From positions 1 to 37,345 of IMG/VR virus record IMGVR_UViG_3300024051_000049: 37,345 bases of DNA; one strand, given 5' to 3'. Below, piece by piece: positions 1 through 8,599 of the stretch. Each line of letters opens with the position of its first letter. Position 1 is the first letter of the stretch. Made by a program: the position numbers and the translations under genes. Origin of the DNA: a virus. Lineage: Duplodnaviria > Caudoviricetes. A model generated the notes under the pieces. It saw only the letters and a program-made list of their open reading frames with translations, had not been told where the DNA came from and made no database searches.

Positions 1-325
1 CAACCATCAAACGCGTAGGTGCCGATGCTCGTCACCGAATCAGGGATCACCAACGACGTAGCAGACGACCAACCATAAAACGCGTAGTTGCCGATGCTCG
101 TCACCGAATCAGGGATCACCAACGACGTAGCAGACGACCAACCATAAAACGCGTTGGTGCCGATGCTCGTCACCGAATCAGGGATCACCAACGACGTAGC
201 AGACGACCAACCATCAAACGCGTTGGTGCCGATGCTCGTCACCGAATCAGGGATCACCAACGACGTAGCAGACGACCAACCATAAAACGCGTAGTTGCCG
301 ATGCTCGTCACCGAATCAGGGATCA
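1..325 (-). repeat. Coding tandem repeat, 69-bp unit (23 aa), about 4.7 copies visible
   Basis: Units start at 1, 70, 139, 208 and 277; identical except at three positions. Confidence 0.97.
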
Positions 326-533
326 AAACCCCACGACAATACGGAAAAATTCCATACCTATTACTTCCGCTGAAGTAAGGGCAAAATTCATAGTCGGCAA
401 CCTGAGTAATACCATACGGCAAAACCAGCGTTGGATACCCCGAACGGGATGTAGTGGTGCGCGGAACAGTATCATTAAATCCAAACGTAAACAAAGCGCC
501 AGGCATAGGTATAACCGGGTTAATAACGGCCAT
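1..533 (-). CDS. BspA-type leucine-rich-repeat (LRR_5) protein, 3' end truncated by window edge; possible virion adhesin/receptor-binding protein
   Basis: Not in the ORF track. ATG at 533 overlaps the upstream stop (TGATG). Translates MAVINPVIP...VLIPDSVTSIGNYAFYGWSSATSLVIPDSVTSIG..., matching the BspA consensus IPxSVTxIGxxAFxG; open to base 1. Confidence 0.9.
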   Translation of the reverse strand, partial: MAVINPVIPMPGALFTFGFNDTVPRTTTSRSGYPTLVLPYGITQVADYEFCPYFSGSNRYGIFPYCRGVLIPDSVTSIGNYAFYGWSSATSLVIPDSVTSIGTNAFDGWSSATSLVIPDSVTSIGTNAFYGWSSATSLVIPDSVTSIGNYAFYGWSSATSLVIPDSVTSIGTYAFDG

Positions 534-1723
534 CAGAACACACTCACAATCACAGTAAAAACACTATGCGGATACACAGAACTTGAAACGCTCAACACAT
601 CAGAGGCTGCCCAATCAAAGTACGCTTCACACGCAGACCACCATGCAGCATCAGCGGAAGATTTAGGTGAAATAACCGTAGGACGAGCACCCATGCCAGG
701 AACCGAGAGCGTCAAAGAATGCGTTTCCCGCAAATCCACGACAACCTCGGTCTGCCACGGCTGGACAGCCCAATAATTCACGTTGACAAACACAGCCCTA
801 CTGGGGGCATCGCCGGAAATCGTGATCGTGTCACCATCTGACGTAAACCACCATTGGCATGCAGCCCATTCTGCGGCATCCGCTATAGAAGCAGGGAGGA
901 CTTGACATGAACTTCCTACGCCTGGCGCATCAATAACTGCTTGCCCACCATTAAAATCTTCCGAGTCAATCCGCAATTGGATAGTGGCCATCCCTCCGCC
1001 AGAACCTCCTTGCGGCGGTGCTCCTTGCCACGACCCGTCAATTACCGTTAGAACGTCGCCCTCGTCAGATGCTGAAGGTAGATTTCCACTCTCACTGATC
1101 AGACTGTTAATCGCAGCCCGCGTGTCAGATTCCTCATCCAACACGTACCCGGCAACATCAGCGTCAGATCCGCCCCCACCACCTGACGCGTTGATCCAGT
1201 GCGTGTCGAAGTCGGCAGCAGAGTTTTTGGCGAGAACTTGACCTGTCGCGCCACCAGCCGGGACACCAACACCATCTAGGCCGTCCGCGCCGTCTTGACC
1301 GGGTGCCCCATCAGCCCCCGGCGCTCCGTCTGCGCCATCACGTCCCGGCTCCCCGTCCGCACCCTTCAACGAAGCCAGCCAAGCAGCCTCATCACCAACA
1401 AAACCCTCTAAGAGAGCCACCTCGTAAGCGGACAATCCGTCAGGGCCAGGGTCACCATCATGACCATTCTTACCGTCTATCCCATCAACCCCTGGGATAC
1501 CTTGCAAACCGCGCTCGCCAGTCGGACCCTGCACGCCCTGCGGACCCTGCTCACCAACCAAAGAAGCAAGCCAGTCAGCCTCACTACCATCGAAACCATC
1601 AGCTTGAGCAACCTCAAAAGCCGACAACCCCGCAACACCACGAGGCCCACGAGCACCAGCAACAGAAGAAACCTCAACCGTAATAACATCCGGTTGAACA
1701 ACCTCAACGACCTCGTCACTCAT
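533..1723 (-). CDS. Collagen-like phage fibre/minor structural protein
   Basis: Gly-X-Y runs (GEQGPQGVQGPTGERGLQG; GADGEPGRDGADGAPG), two GLSA[FY]EVA...W-L-A-S-L motifs, GGATGQVLAK motif. Confidence 0.85.
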   Translation of the reverse strand: MSDEVVEVVQPDVITVEVSSVAGARGPRGVAGLSAFEVAQADGFDGSEADWLASLVGEQGPQGVQGPTGERGLQGIPGVDGIDGKNGHDGDPGPDGLSAYEVALLEGFVGDEAAWLASLKGADGEPGRDGADGAPGADGAPGQDGADGLDGVGVPAGGATGQVLAKNSAADFDTHWINASGGGGGSDADVAGYVLDEESDTRAAINSLISESGNLPSASDEGDVLTVIDGSWQGAPPQGGSGGGMATIQLRIDSEDFNGGQAVIDAPGVGSSCQVLPASIADAAEWAACQWWFTSDGDTITISGDAPSRAVFVNVNYWAVQPWQTEVVVDLRETHSLTLSVPGMGARPTVISPKSSADAAWWSACEAYFDWAASDVLSVSSSVYPHSVFTVIVSVF

Positions 1724-2130
1724 GCTTGCCTCGTAACATCAGGAGAAACAGTAACTAAACCCTGCGCTAAACGGATAACACCACCGTCAGGATTAACAAG
1801 TTCAAGATCCCACACGCCAAGGGGCTGCAACTCCCCTGCAACAACCTTGGAGCGTGTATCCCATGCAGGGTCCTCAGTAACCACCGCAGGAATATCGAGA
1901 ATAACCATCCCCTCATCTGAGAGGGTCAATGATGCTTCACCATCATCCGTTGACGTGACCGCCAACCAGATTTCCCCACCAACTTTGCGACGCAATTGCG
2001 TGCGAGCGAACCAGCCCGTCAAGTCAACAGGAGAGTCACCAACCTTATAACGCATGGCGCACCGGAAGTCCGCGCCCTGCGCGATCAGTAAATCAATCTG
2101 GGTGAGGCTTTCACGCCCGATAACGGTCAT
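1720..2130 (-). CDS. Phage structural protein typically found upstream of collagen fibres (BppU/LtfC-like Ig fold)
   Basis: I-x-QGADF...PVDLTG...WDLELV...G-x-V-x-VSPDVT pattern; ATGA overlap with the collagen gene. Confidence 0.65.
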   Translation of the reverse strand: MTVIGRESLTQIDLLIAQGADFRCAMRYKVGDSPVDLTGWFARTQLRRKVGGEIWLAVTSTDDGEASLTLSDEGMVILDIPAVVTEDPAWDTRSKVVAGELQPLGVWDLELVNPDGGVIRLAQGLVTVSPDVTRQA

Positions 2131-2153
2131 ACGCTGACTTTAAATAGGGGTAT

Positions 2154-2189
2154 ACGAAAACCCCCACACTCGTTAAAGTATGGGGGTTT
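2154..2189 (-). terminator. Intrinsic terminator candidate
   Basis: Minus strand AAACCCCCATACT-ttaacg-AGTGTGGGGGTTT followed by Tcgt; the G.U pair forms only on the minus strand. Confidence 0.7.
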
Positions 2190-2223
2190 GCGGGGTATCG
2201 AGCGGCAACTTAATACCTGGAAT

Positions 2224-2619
2224 CTAGTTTTTGCGGGGCCGTCCGGGGCGACGCTTCACAGGCTCCTCCGGCTCCACTGGGGTTTCCACATCTTCCGGTT
2301 CCGCAGGACGATTTGAAGCAGCCTCAAAACCAACCTCAAACCCAAAAAGAGCACCCCGCACACGCTCAGGATGCACATCCACAGGAATACCAAGCAAACC
2401 CGCCTGCGACACCTCATCCACAGTCAACGGCTCCACACCATGATCAGATGGAACACCCTCAGGAACCGGAACAATGGTAGGTCCGACCGGAATACCGCCC
2501 TCCACCAAATGCCCGCCCACACGAACACCATCAGGAATCACATCACCAGCCCGCAACACCAACCCGCCCGCATGAACAACACCATAAAAATCAGTGCGGA
2601 TCTTCGCCACAACAACCAC
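2224..2619 (-). CDS. Small head-associated hypothetical protein
   Basis: Follows major capsid gene; L-x-AGD-x-IP motif and RRPGRPRK basic tail. Confidence 0.65.
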   Translation of the reverse strand: MVVVAKIRTDFYGVVHAGGLVLRAGDVIPDGVRVGGHLVEGGIPVGPTIVPVPEGVPSDHGVEPLTVDEVSQAGLLGIPVDVHPERVRGALFGFEVGFEAASNRPAEPEDVETPVEPEEPVKRRPGRPRKN

Positions 2620-2632
2620 CTAAACCTTCCCA

Positions 2633-2675
2633 AAAAACAGTAGTGGGGTGAACACACTCAAGTGTCCACCCCACC
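2633..2675 (-). terminator. Intrinsic terminator after major capsid gene
   Basis: Minus strand GTGGGGTGGACAC-ttga-GTGTTCACCCCAC then tactgTTTTTT. Confidence 0.75.
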
Positions 2676-2701
2676 ATGTAACAACCCGCCAGCAGCCCTA
2701 A

Positions 2702-3727
2702 CTACAGGACCTTACCCACCAGCAGACCATTAATGTCATTCGCGACAGGCAAGACCACAGCCGAAGCCTTAGTCCAGCGCGTCACAGGATCAGGGACCTT
2801 CCACGAAGTTACCGTGATGCCCGGACGGTCCTCAGCAGTGAAATCAACTGCACGAGAATTCGACAGTTCCATCGCCTCAGAGGTTTCACCCCAGCGAGTG
2901 TTACCGACAGTGTCAGTCGTCAGGATGTACACATCCTGCGGCAGAACGTTAGTCGTGCCAGACGATCCAGGGACCTTACCCTTATACACGTTCAAGCGAG
3001 GCAGGTTGTAAATCTGGCGGACCTGCTCCACCTGAGCTGGAGTCAAAGTAGGCGGGTTCGACTGGCCCGGGTAAATCACAGCCTTATACGACGCGTTCTT
3101 CTGCAAGTACGCGAGCAGAGCCTGTGGGACAGTCGCCGTGGTCGGTGACGCGAGCGCATCATCCTCGACGACACCAATCCACGCCAACTCGTCCGAGATA
3201 ATGTCAGCGTCAGGGTCAGACCACAGGACCGAGGCAGTAGGCTTGTGATCCACATCAAGACCGAAGTCGAAAGTTTCCTTGACTCCATTCTCGTCAATCA
3301 CGACCTTACCGGTAGACAAGAACTCACCTCGAGCCTTTTCCACACGATTACGAATAGCGATCGTGTTATTCACCGTGTCATCGAAAGCACGCTTAATGAA
3401 AGCGTCAATGACACGCTGCGAAGCGTTCTCCTGCAGTTGTCGAATCAACGATTCATTCAACGGCAGTTTCTGAGAAATCGGAGGCAAAGTCACCCGCGAC
3501 GTGACAAGCTCAGACTGACGCTTACCAATAGGTGCTTCAGCGTCGAAAGCACGATACTTCGCAATAGAATGCGACACCGTGCCCTTCACGATCTCCGCGT
3601 CAACACCCTCAGTCAAAAGATCCGGGAGGACGTTCGACAAAGGATTCGCGACAGGTTCAGGAACCTCACGGGCAATGAACGTTGATTCAACGTCATCAAG
3701 CAGGTCAAGAATGTGGTCAGCCATCAT
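2702..3727 (-). CDS. Major capsid protein (lambda gpE-like family)
   Basis: 341 aa; AKYRAFDAEAPIG, LPPISQK, R-x-E-x-ARG-x-x-L-x-TGK, WSDPDADI, DPV motifs; position after scaffold and decoration genes. Confidence 0.9.
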   Translation of the reverse strand: MMADHILDLLDDVESTFIAREVPEPVANPLSNVLPDLLTEGVDAEIVKGTVSHSIAKYRAFDAEAPIGKRQSELVTSRVTLPPISQKLPLNESLIRQLQENASQRVIDAFIKRAFDDTVNNTIAIRNRVEKARGEFLSTGKVVIDENGVKETFDFGLDVDHKPTASVLWSDPDADIISDELAWIGVVEDDALASPTTATVPQALLAYLQKNASYKAVIYPGQSNPPTLTPAQVEQVRQIYNLPRLNVYKGKVPGSSGTTNVLPQDVYILTTDTVGNTRWGETSEAMELSNSRAVDFTAEDRPGITVTSWKVPDPVTRWTKASAVVLPVANDINGLLVGKVL

Positions 3728-3738
3728 TCACACCTCTT

Positions 3739-4122
3739 TCAGCGGATAATGATGGAGCCAGCAACATCAGCCGCCCCATCCGAGTCGATGGGGTGGGGAA
3801 GGTTCGCGGAAATTACCTGACCATGCAGGAGGATCGCACCAGGGACCTGCGTGTCACCAGACGTGACAGGAACATCAGCGAACAAGAAACCAGCAAGAAC
3901 ATCAGCCGGCTTCTCGTCATCACCCTCATACGGGCCATACAAACCAGACGCGAGTTTCACGAGAGGCTCACCCGACAGGATGCGACCCTTAGGCCAATAC
4001 GTGGCCTGCGTGAACTTAGAAACATCGAGAGTAATCGACTGCGTAGCATCAGTCCCGTGAGCGGAACCAAGCCACGAAGGATCAGAATTCCCCACAAGAA
4101 CAGGGGAAGTTCGAATAGGCAT
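3739..4122 (-). CDS. Head decoration protein (gpD-like)
   Basis: WLGSAHG...SG-x-PL...GLYGPY...LAGFL motif; start moved to ATG 4122 behind GGAGG. Confidence 0.8.
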   Translation of the reverse strand: MPIRTSPVLVGNSDPSWLGSAHGTDATQSITLDVSKFTQATYWPKGRILSGEPLVKLASGLYGPYEGDDEKPADVLAGFLFADVPVTSGDTQVPGAILLHGQVISANLPHPIDSDGAADVAGSIIIR

Positions 4123-4381
4123 AATGGCCTCCAAACGTGAACGAATAAGAAACAGGTCGATCACGCTAAAGGCTTGGTGTCCACACTCAACAGCGCGTGG
4201 TGGCTGACCCCATTAACGGGGTGACATGCACATTATGAATATAGGGGTGTGACTGGCAGGCAGGACGCGTATTAGAGTCAGGAAGAATTCCCCGAAGAAC
4301 CCAACAAAACGGCCTTACAGTGGGCGGTTGCGCATGACACGAGACGGGGACACTGCTCAACCTGCCAGCCACAAGAATTAG

Positions 4382-5053
4382 TTACGCGGTTTTCTCAACC
4401 CACCCGCGTTTCACCGCATATTCGCGAGCGATCTCACGCGCCGTTTTCTGCCCAGCCCCTGCCGCTCCAGACTTACCCGAATCAGAATTCGGGATACTCG
4501 CAACAGTAGTGAACAATCCGGGAGCATCAGCTTTCAACGATTCAACGGCAGCAGTGATTTCCTCATCCGTAGAATCCACATTCACGTTGTATGCAGCCAA
4601 AGACGCTTTAGCGACCTCAACCTTCACCGCGCCAGCGAGAAGCCGCTCCACCTTCGCGTCAAAACGATCCTTCGCGGCAGCAACACGATCAGCCGCAGCA
4701 GCAGCAGCCAACCGGTCCGCTTCATCCTTCGCTTTCTCAGCTTCAGATTTCAACGCGTCATCTGCTTCACGCTTCGCTTTCGCCAACGCAATCAGATCAT
4801 CAATGCTCGTGGTTTCATCCAAACCAGCGGCCTTATACTTTTCCGCGAGTTTCTCCGCATACTCGCGAGCACCCGCCCGCTTACCCTGCGCTTTCTCACG
4901 AGTCATGTACTCAGTGATTTCCGCTTGAGTGAACGTCTTATCCTTAAAGGATTCATGACGTGGGTCCGTGTAAACGCGTTCCTCACCAGCACCTTCCTCA
5001 TCAGTGGATTCAACGCAGACGAGGGGCCGGTTCTTAAAAAGTAGTTTGCTCAT
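4382..5053 (-). CDS. Capsid scaffolding protein
   Basis: KTFTQAE motif, Ala/Lys/Glu coiled coil, PGLF motif; lies between portal and capsid genes. Confidence 0.8.
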   Translation of the reverse strand: MSKLLFKNRPLVCVESTDEEGAGEERVYTDPRHESFKDKTFTQAEITEYMTREKAQGKRAGAREYAEKLAEKYKAAGLDETTSIDDLIALAKAKREADDALKSEAEKAKDEADRLAAAAAADRVAAAKDRFDAKVERLLAGAVKVEVAKASLAAYNVNVDSTDEEITAAVESLKADAPGLFTTVASIPNSDSGKSGAAGAGQKTAREIAREYAVKRGWVEKTA

Positions 5054-5077
5054 GATCTGATCCTCACTAGTGGGGTG

Positions 5078-6613
5078 TTACTCAGTTTCACTGCTCGTGG
5101 GTTGAATGACGCGGGCGGTAGGCTCCAACCCAAGCAAACGCAGTGCTTGCGTCGCATCACCGGTAGCCTTCACCAAATCCACGGCCTGGCTGAACCATTC
5201 CTGCTTGATCGCTTCCACTTCCGCTTCCGCATCCTCAATAGGGAAACCAGCAGCCTGCAAAGTCTTAACAGCAGTGAGCGTGGACATGCTATTCGCTGCA
5301 CGCATGTCCTTCACGTGATTAATTGCCGTGGGTTTATCTGCCGGTAATGCTGCACCCAATTCAATCCACGCATACGGTGTAGGGCCTGCCGGGAGGATCC
5401 CAGCGGCTTGCGCGATACGGTAAGCGAACTTCAAAATCAAAGGGTATTTATCGTCCCTGACGGTCCGCATCTCTTGAATGAGGTTCCTCGACGGGTGGAA
5501 ACCCAGCTCTAACGCATACCCGGATGGCACCTCGTTAGCTTGCACTTGACCTAAAAGGACCTTCGACACTCGTGTGGTCTCGGCAATCCGGTCCCGCAAG
5601 CGATCCACTTGTGATTGCAACGCGACGAGGATCTTCGACGTATCCACATACGCTGCACCGGCTTTCCCACCCCACACTGCACCGGGACCGCCTTCAAGGT
5701 CCCCCACCTCGTCTGTAGTCGCTAAAGCGGGGATCGCCTGCTGCGCACCCAACGCCAAATCACTATCCGAATCATGCAGGTCAGAGAGCGCTTCAAGGGT
5801 GTGCATGAGTGTTGATTCACCGAAAACTTCCTCAGTGGATGGAGTGTTCGGTAAATGCACGACAGGGATAAAATCGATTCCCATGTCAACTTCCTCGACA
5901 GTGTTACCGTCCACGTCAGTGAGGCGGCTTGACTGCGTGCGTGACATGCGGTCGTGGTAAATGTCAGTGCCAATGATCATGTCCTTCAACGGAATGTCAT
6001 GGACAGCGTAAAAGCATGAGACGGTCGTGGTGCCACCGTATGGCAGTGCCCTGGAGTCTACTTCGCGGAGGGTCCACCTGTGTCGAGTGACAATAGTTTC
6101 CCCTGACGGGTTTTCGCTTTCCCACGCGATAATCACTTGTCTGGGGAATTCTTCACCGTGATCTGTAATGAACGGGAAATAGAATCCAGGATTGTGGATG
6201 CGTAGGACGGGACGATTCTTTTCGGTATTCCACCCTACTGCCGCGACCCCATCACCTAACGTGACAGTGTCCTGCTCGAGCGTCAACAGTTTCAGGTCAA
6301 GGCGTTCCTTCACACGCCATTCCTCAAACCACCGCAACGCAGCATCATCGTCGCAGCGGATGGTTTGCGTATCCCCAAGGACGAGGTCCCGTGTTGTTTG
6401 CGTGAGGAGGTGAGCGTCACCATACTCACGCATATTCACGGCGTTAGGTCGGATACTCGCAGCATTATTTTGTGCGAACCGGTGGAACACTTCGTAAGCT
6501 TGCAAACGCCTGCGGTCAACGAGTGGAACCCATGATCGGGTGAATCGATTCCGACCGTCACCCATCACCGTGAGTTTATTTAACGGCGTATACAAATCCA
6601 AAATTTCAGCCAC
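5078..6613 (-). CDS. Portal protein
   Basis: 511 aa; LGDG, FIPVVHLPN...FG-x-S and PSGYAL-x-L motifs of SPP1 gp6-like portals; position after TerL. Confidence 0.85.
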   Translation of the reverse strand: MAEILDLYTPLNKLTVMGDGRNRFTRSWVPLVDRRRLQAYEVFHRFAQNNAASIRPNAVNMREYGDAHLLTQTTRDLVLGDTQTIRCDDDAALRWFEEWRVKERLDLKLLTLEQDTVTLGDGVAAVGWNTEKNRPVLRIHNPGFYFPFITDHGEEFPRQVIIAWESENPSGETIVTRHRWTLREVDSRALPYGGTTTVSCFYAVHDIPLKDMIIGTDIYHDRMSRTQSSRLTDVDGNTVEEVDMGIDFIPVVHLPNTPSTEEVFGESTLMHTLEALSDLHDSDSDLALGAQQAIPALATTDEVGDLEGGPGAVWGGKAGAAYVDTSKILVALQSQVDRLRDRIAETTRVSKVLLGQVQANEVPSGYALELGFHPSRNLIQEMRTVRDDKYPLILKFAYRIAQAAGILPAGPTPYAWIELGAALPADKPTAINHVKDMRAANSMSTLTAVKTLQAAGFPIEDAEAEVEAIKQEWFSQAVDLVKATGDATQALRLLGLEPTARVIQPTSSETE

Positions 6614-6628
6614 GATTACGCACCCTTC

Positions 6629-6994
6629 TTAGTCGGTTAATGGTGTGCGTGGGTGTGTGATCTGGTCCCATGAGCGTGTGGTGTCAAGGATGATGGGTTG
6701 CATGGTTTCAAGGTCAACTCCAACCCATTGTCCTGGAGTGTATTCAGGGATTTCTGTTATTCCGTGTGCTTCGAAGATCGCGTTAATTGCGGTGGGGTCT
6801 TGTTCCACTTCGATGAGCCATGGTTCGTGTTGTTCGAGGATTGCAGCGGTTTTGCGGTGGCGTTCGCGTCGGCGGTGTCCGCGTTTCGCTTTCCCTTGAC
6901 CGCATATGTTGCAGTCGGGGTCAGGGCATTTGCGGCAGTATTCGCCTTCGCGTGCTGGTTTGCCTAGGTAGGTGTGGCGGTGGGTTCGGCTCAT
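6629..6994 (-). CDS. Hypothetical protein with Cys cluster and Arg-rich segment
   Basis: Fills the TerL-portal gap; CRKC-x4-CNIC then RRRERHRK. Confidence 0.6.
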   Translation of the reverse strand: MSRTHRHTYLGKPAREGEYCRKCPDPDCNICGQGKAKRGHRRRERHRKTAAILEQHEPWLIEVEQDPTAINAIFEAHGITEIPEYTPGQWVGVDLETMQPIILDTTRSWDQITHPRTPLTD

Positions 6995-7020
6995 GCCTTA
7001 ATGGTGCGTGGGGGCGTGCG

Positions 7021-7061
7021 AGTAGGTTCACATTCCGGTGGGGAGTGTGAGCCTACTTTTT
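7021..7061 (+). terminator. Plus-strand (antisense-oriented) intrinsic terminator candidate
   Basis: AGTAGGTTCACATTCC-ggtgg-GGAGTGTGAGCCTACT-TTTT; 16-bp stem whose two G.U pairs form only on the plus strand. Confidence 0.65.
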
Positions 7062-8574
7062 AGCGGCGTAAACCACCCCAGCGTGCACCACGATTCAACC
7101 CAGCCCACCTATTCTCACGAGACATAGCAGCCTGCATCCCACCCGTGGAATGACTCGCCCTAAACAACCGCGTCAACGCATGCACCATCGCATCCATACG
7201 GTCAGGTGAATCACCTTCACCCGTCCACGACAACATTTGATGCTCCAACTTCTTCAGCCGGTCAGTCCCATCCGCTGCATGATGGACACGGCCTTTCTCC
7301 CAGAACACGGCCACAGATTCAGCACGTACACGCTTCGACTGAGTCGCATGCACACGAGAAACCGGTGGTGGGAGAGCATGCGATTTATGACAAGATTTCA
7401 AATGGTCTTTCCACGCGGTCGCCAACACTTCAACAACCATTTCCCCACCCTGATTATCCTCAATCAGGACTTCATCGGCTTTCCAATCACAAATCGCCTG
7501 CCACACTGCGCCAGCCCACTGCGAGGGAGTTCCCTTCATCGTGCGATCATCAAGCACCCAACCATGCCCGCGCCTATCCAAGCCAGCAACAACGATACCC
7601 GTGTAGTCTGACTTCTTTTTAGACGTGGCTGCAGGATCCACTGAAACAATGCAACGGGCACGGTACGTGTAAAAGTCACCGGCTTTACCTCGTGCCTGCT
7701 CAATCCACGGTGCTTTCCACACAGCACCCTCCGCTGGGGTTGGATTCTGCTGATACAACGCCGACCAGTTACGCGTACTCGTAGAATCTTTACGGTCCTG
7801 CCATTCAGCTTGAGAGCGCCCGCGTGCGGACTCCATGAACTCCCCCACCTCACGACCGAGTGGATCATGTTCCGGGTCCTCGCACTGCGCTGGAATTGAT
7901 AAGACTTTCCACCTGTCCGGCGCTGACGCTATTAAACGTCCAGCAAGATCATCCTCATGCCAACGCGTCATGATGAGGATAACGGGGGCACCTGGCGCGA
8001 GTCGGGTTTGAGCAACGGTTTCCCACCATTCCCAAATCTTGTCCCGGATACCTTCCGAATCAGCGGCTTCCGCGTCCTTCACAGGGTCATCAATGATCAT
8101 CAAATCACATGGCCGGCCAGTGAGTGCACCACCCACACCGACCGAGTAGGTCCCTCCCCCATGGTTAGCAAGTTCCCACTCGATCTGACCAGACAAATCA
8201 TTACGCACCGATAACCCCAGCAGGTCAGAGTTCACGGTGACATCATCACGCACTGCACGGCCAAGCCTGCGAGCTGCATTAGCCTCAAACGACGCAATCA
8301 CAATACGTTTCGACGGGTCCTGCGTTAACGCCCACAACGGGAACATGCGTGAAGCGCGTTGGCTTTTCCCTTCCTGCGGTGGCATCGAAATAATCAGCCG
8401 TGAATTAGGTGTATTAAACGCTTCCACCAACGCAGCATCAATCAAATCAAGTGCTGGAGTTTGCCGTATCGTCGGATCCAACTCCACAGCAAGCCGCCCA
8501 GGAGTCACCCAGCGTGGGGGTTGAGGTTCAAACATGCGTGCAGCAGCTTCAACCCACGCATAATCCTCACTCAT
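7060..8574 (-). CDS. terL: Terminase large subunit
   Basis: MPPQEGKS Walker A, LMIIDDP Walker B, MTRWHEDD, ALYQQNP, VDPA and SPDRMDA nuclease motifs; start moved to ATG 8574. Confidence 0.95.
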   Translation of the reverse strand: MSEDYAWVEAAARMFEPQPPRWVTPGRLAVELDPTIRQTPALDLIDAALVEAFNTPNSRLIISMPPQEGKSQRASRMFPLWALTQDPSKRIVIASFEANAARRLGRAVRDDVTVNSDLLGLSVRNDLSGQIEWELANHGGGTYSVGVGGALTGRPCDLMIIDDPVKDAEAADSEGIRDKIWEWWETVAQTRLAPGAPVILIMTRWHEDDLAGRLIASAPDRWKVLSIPAQCEDPEHDPLGREVGEFMESARGRSQAEWQDRKDSTSTRNWSALYQQNPTPAEGAVWKAPWIEQARGKAGDFYTYRARCIVSVDPAATSKKKSDYTGIVVAGLDRRGHGWVLDDRTMKGTPSQWAGAVWQAICDWKADEVLIEDNQGGEMVVEVLATAWKDHLKSCHKSHALPPPVSRVHATQSKRVRAESVAVFWEKGRVHHAADGTDRLKKLEHQMLSWTGEGDSPDRMDAMVHALTRLFRASHSTGGMQAAMSRENRWAGLNRGARWGGLRR

Positions 8575-8599
8575 ACCCTCAACCATCACGCACAGTGTA

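Noticed and set aside
1-325. CRISPR array
   Set aside because: Head-to-tail 69-bp units with no unique spacers; in-frame LRR coding
4248-4373. Cobalamin riboswitch (CCACTGTAA and CCTGCC fragments)
   Set aside because: Lacks the GGGAA core and B12 box in the right order; context unrelated
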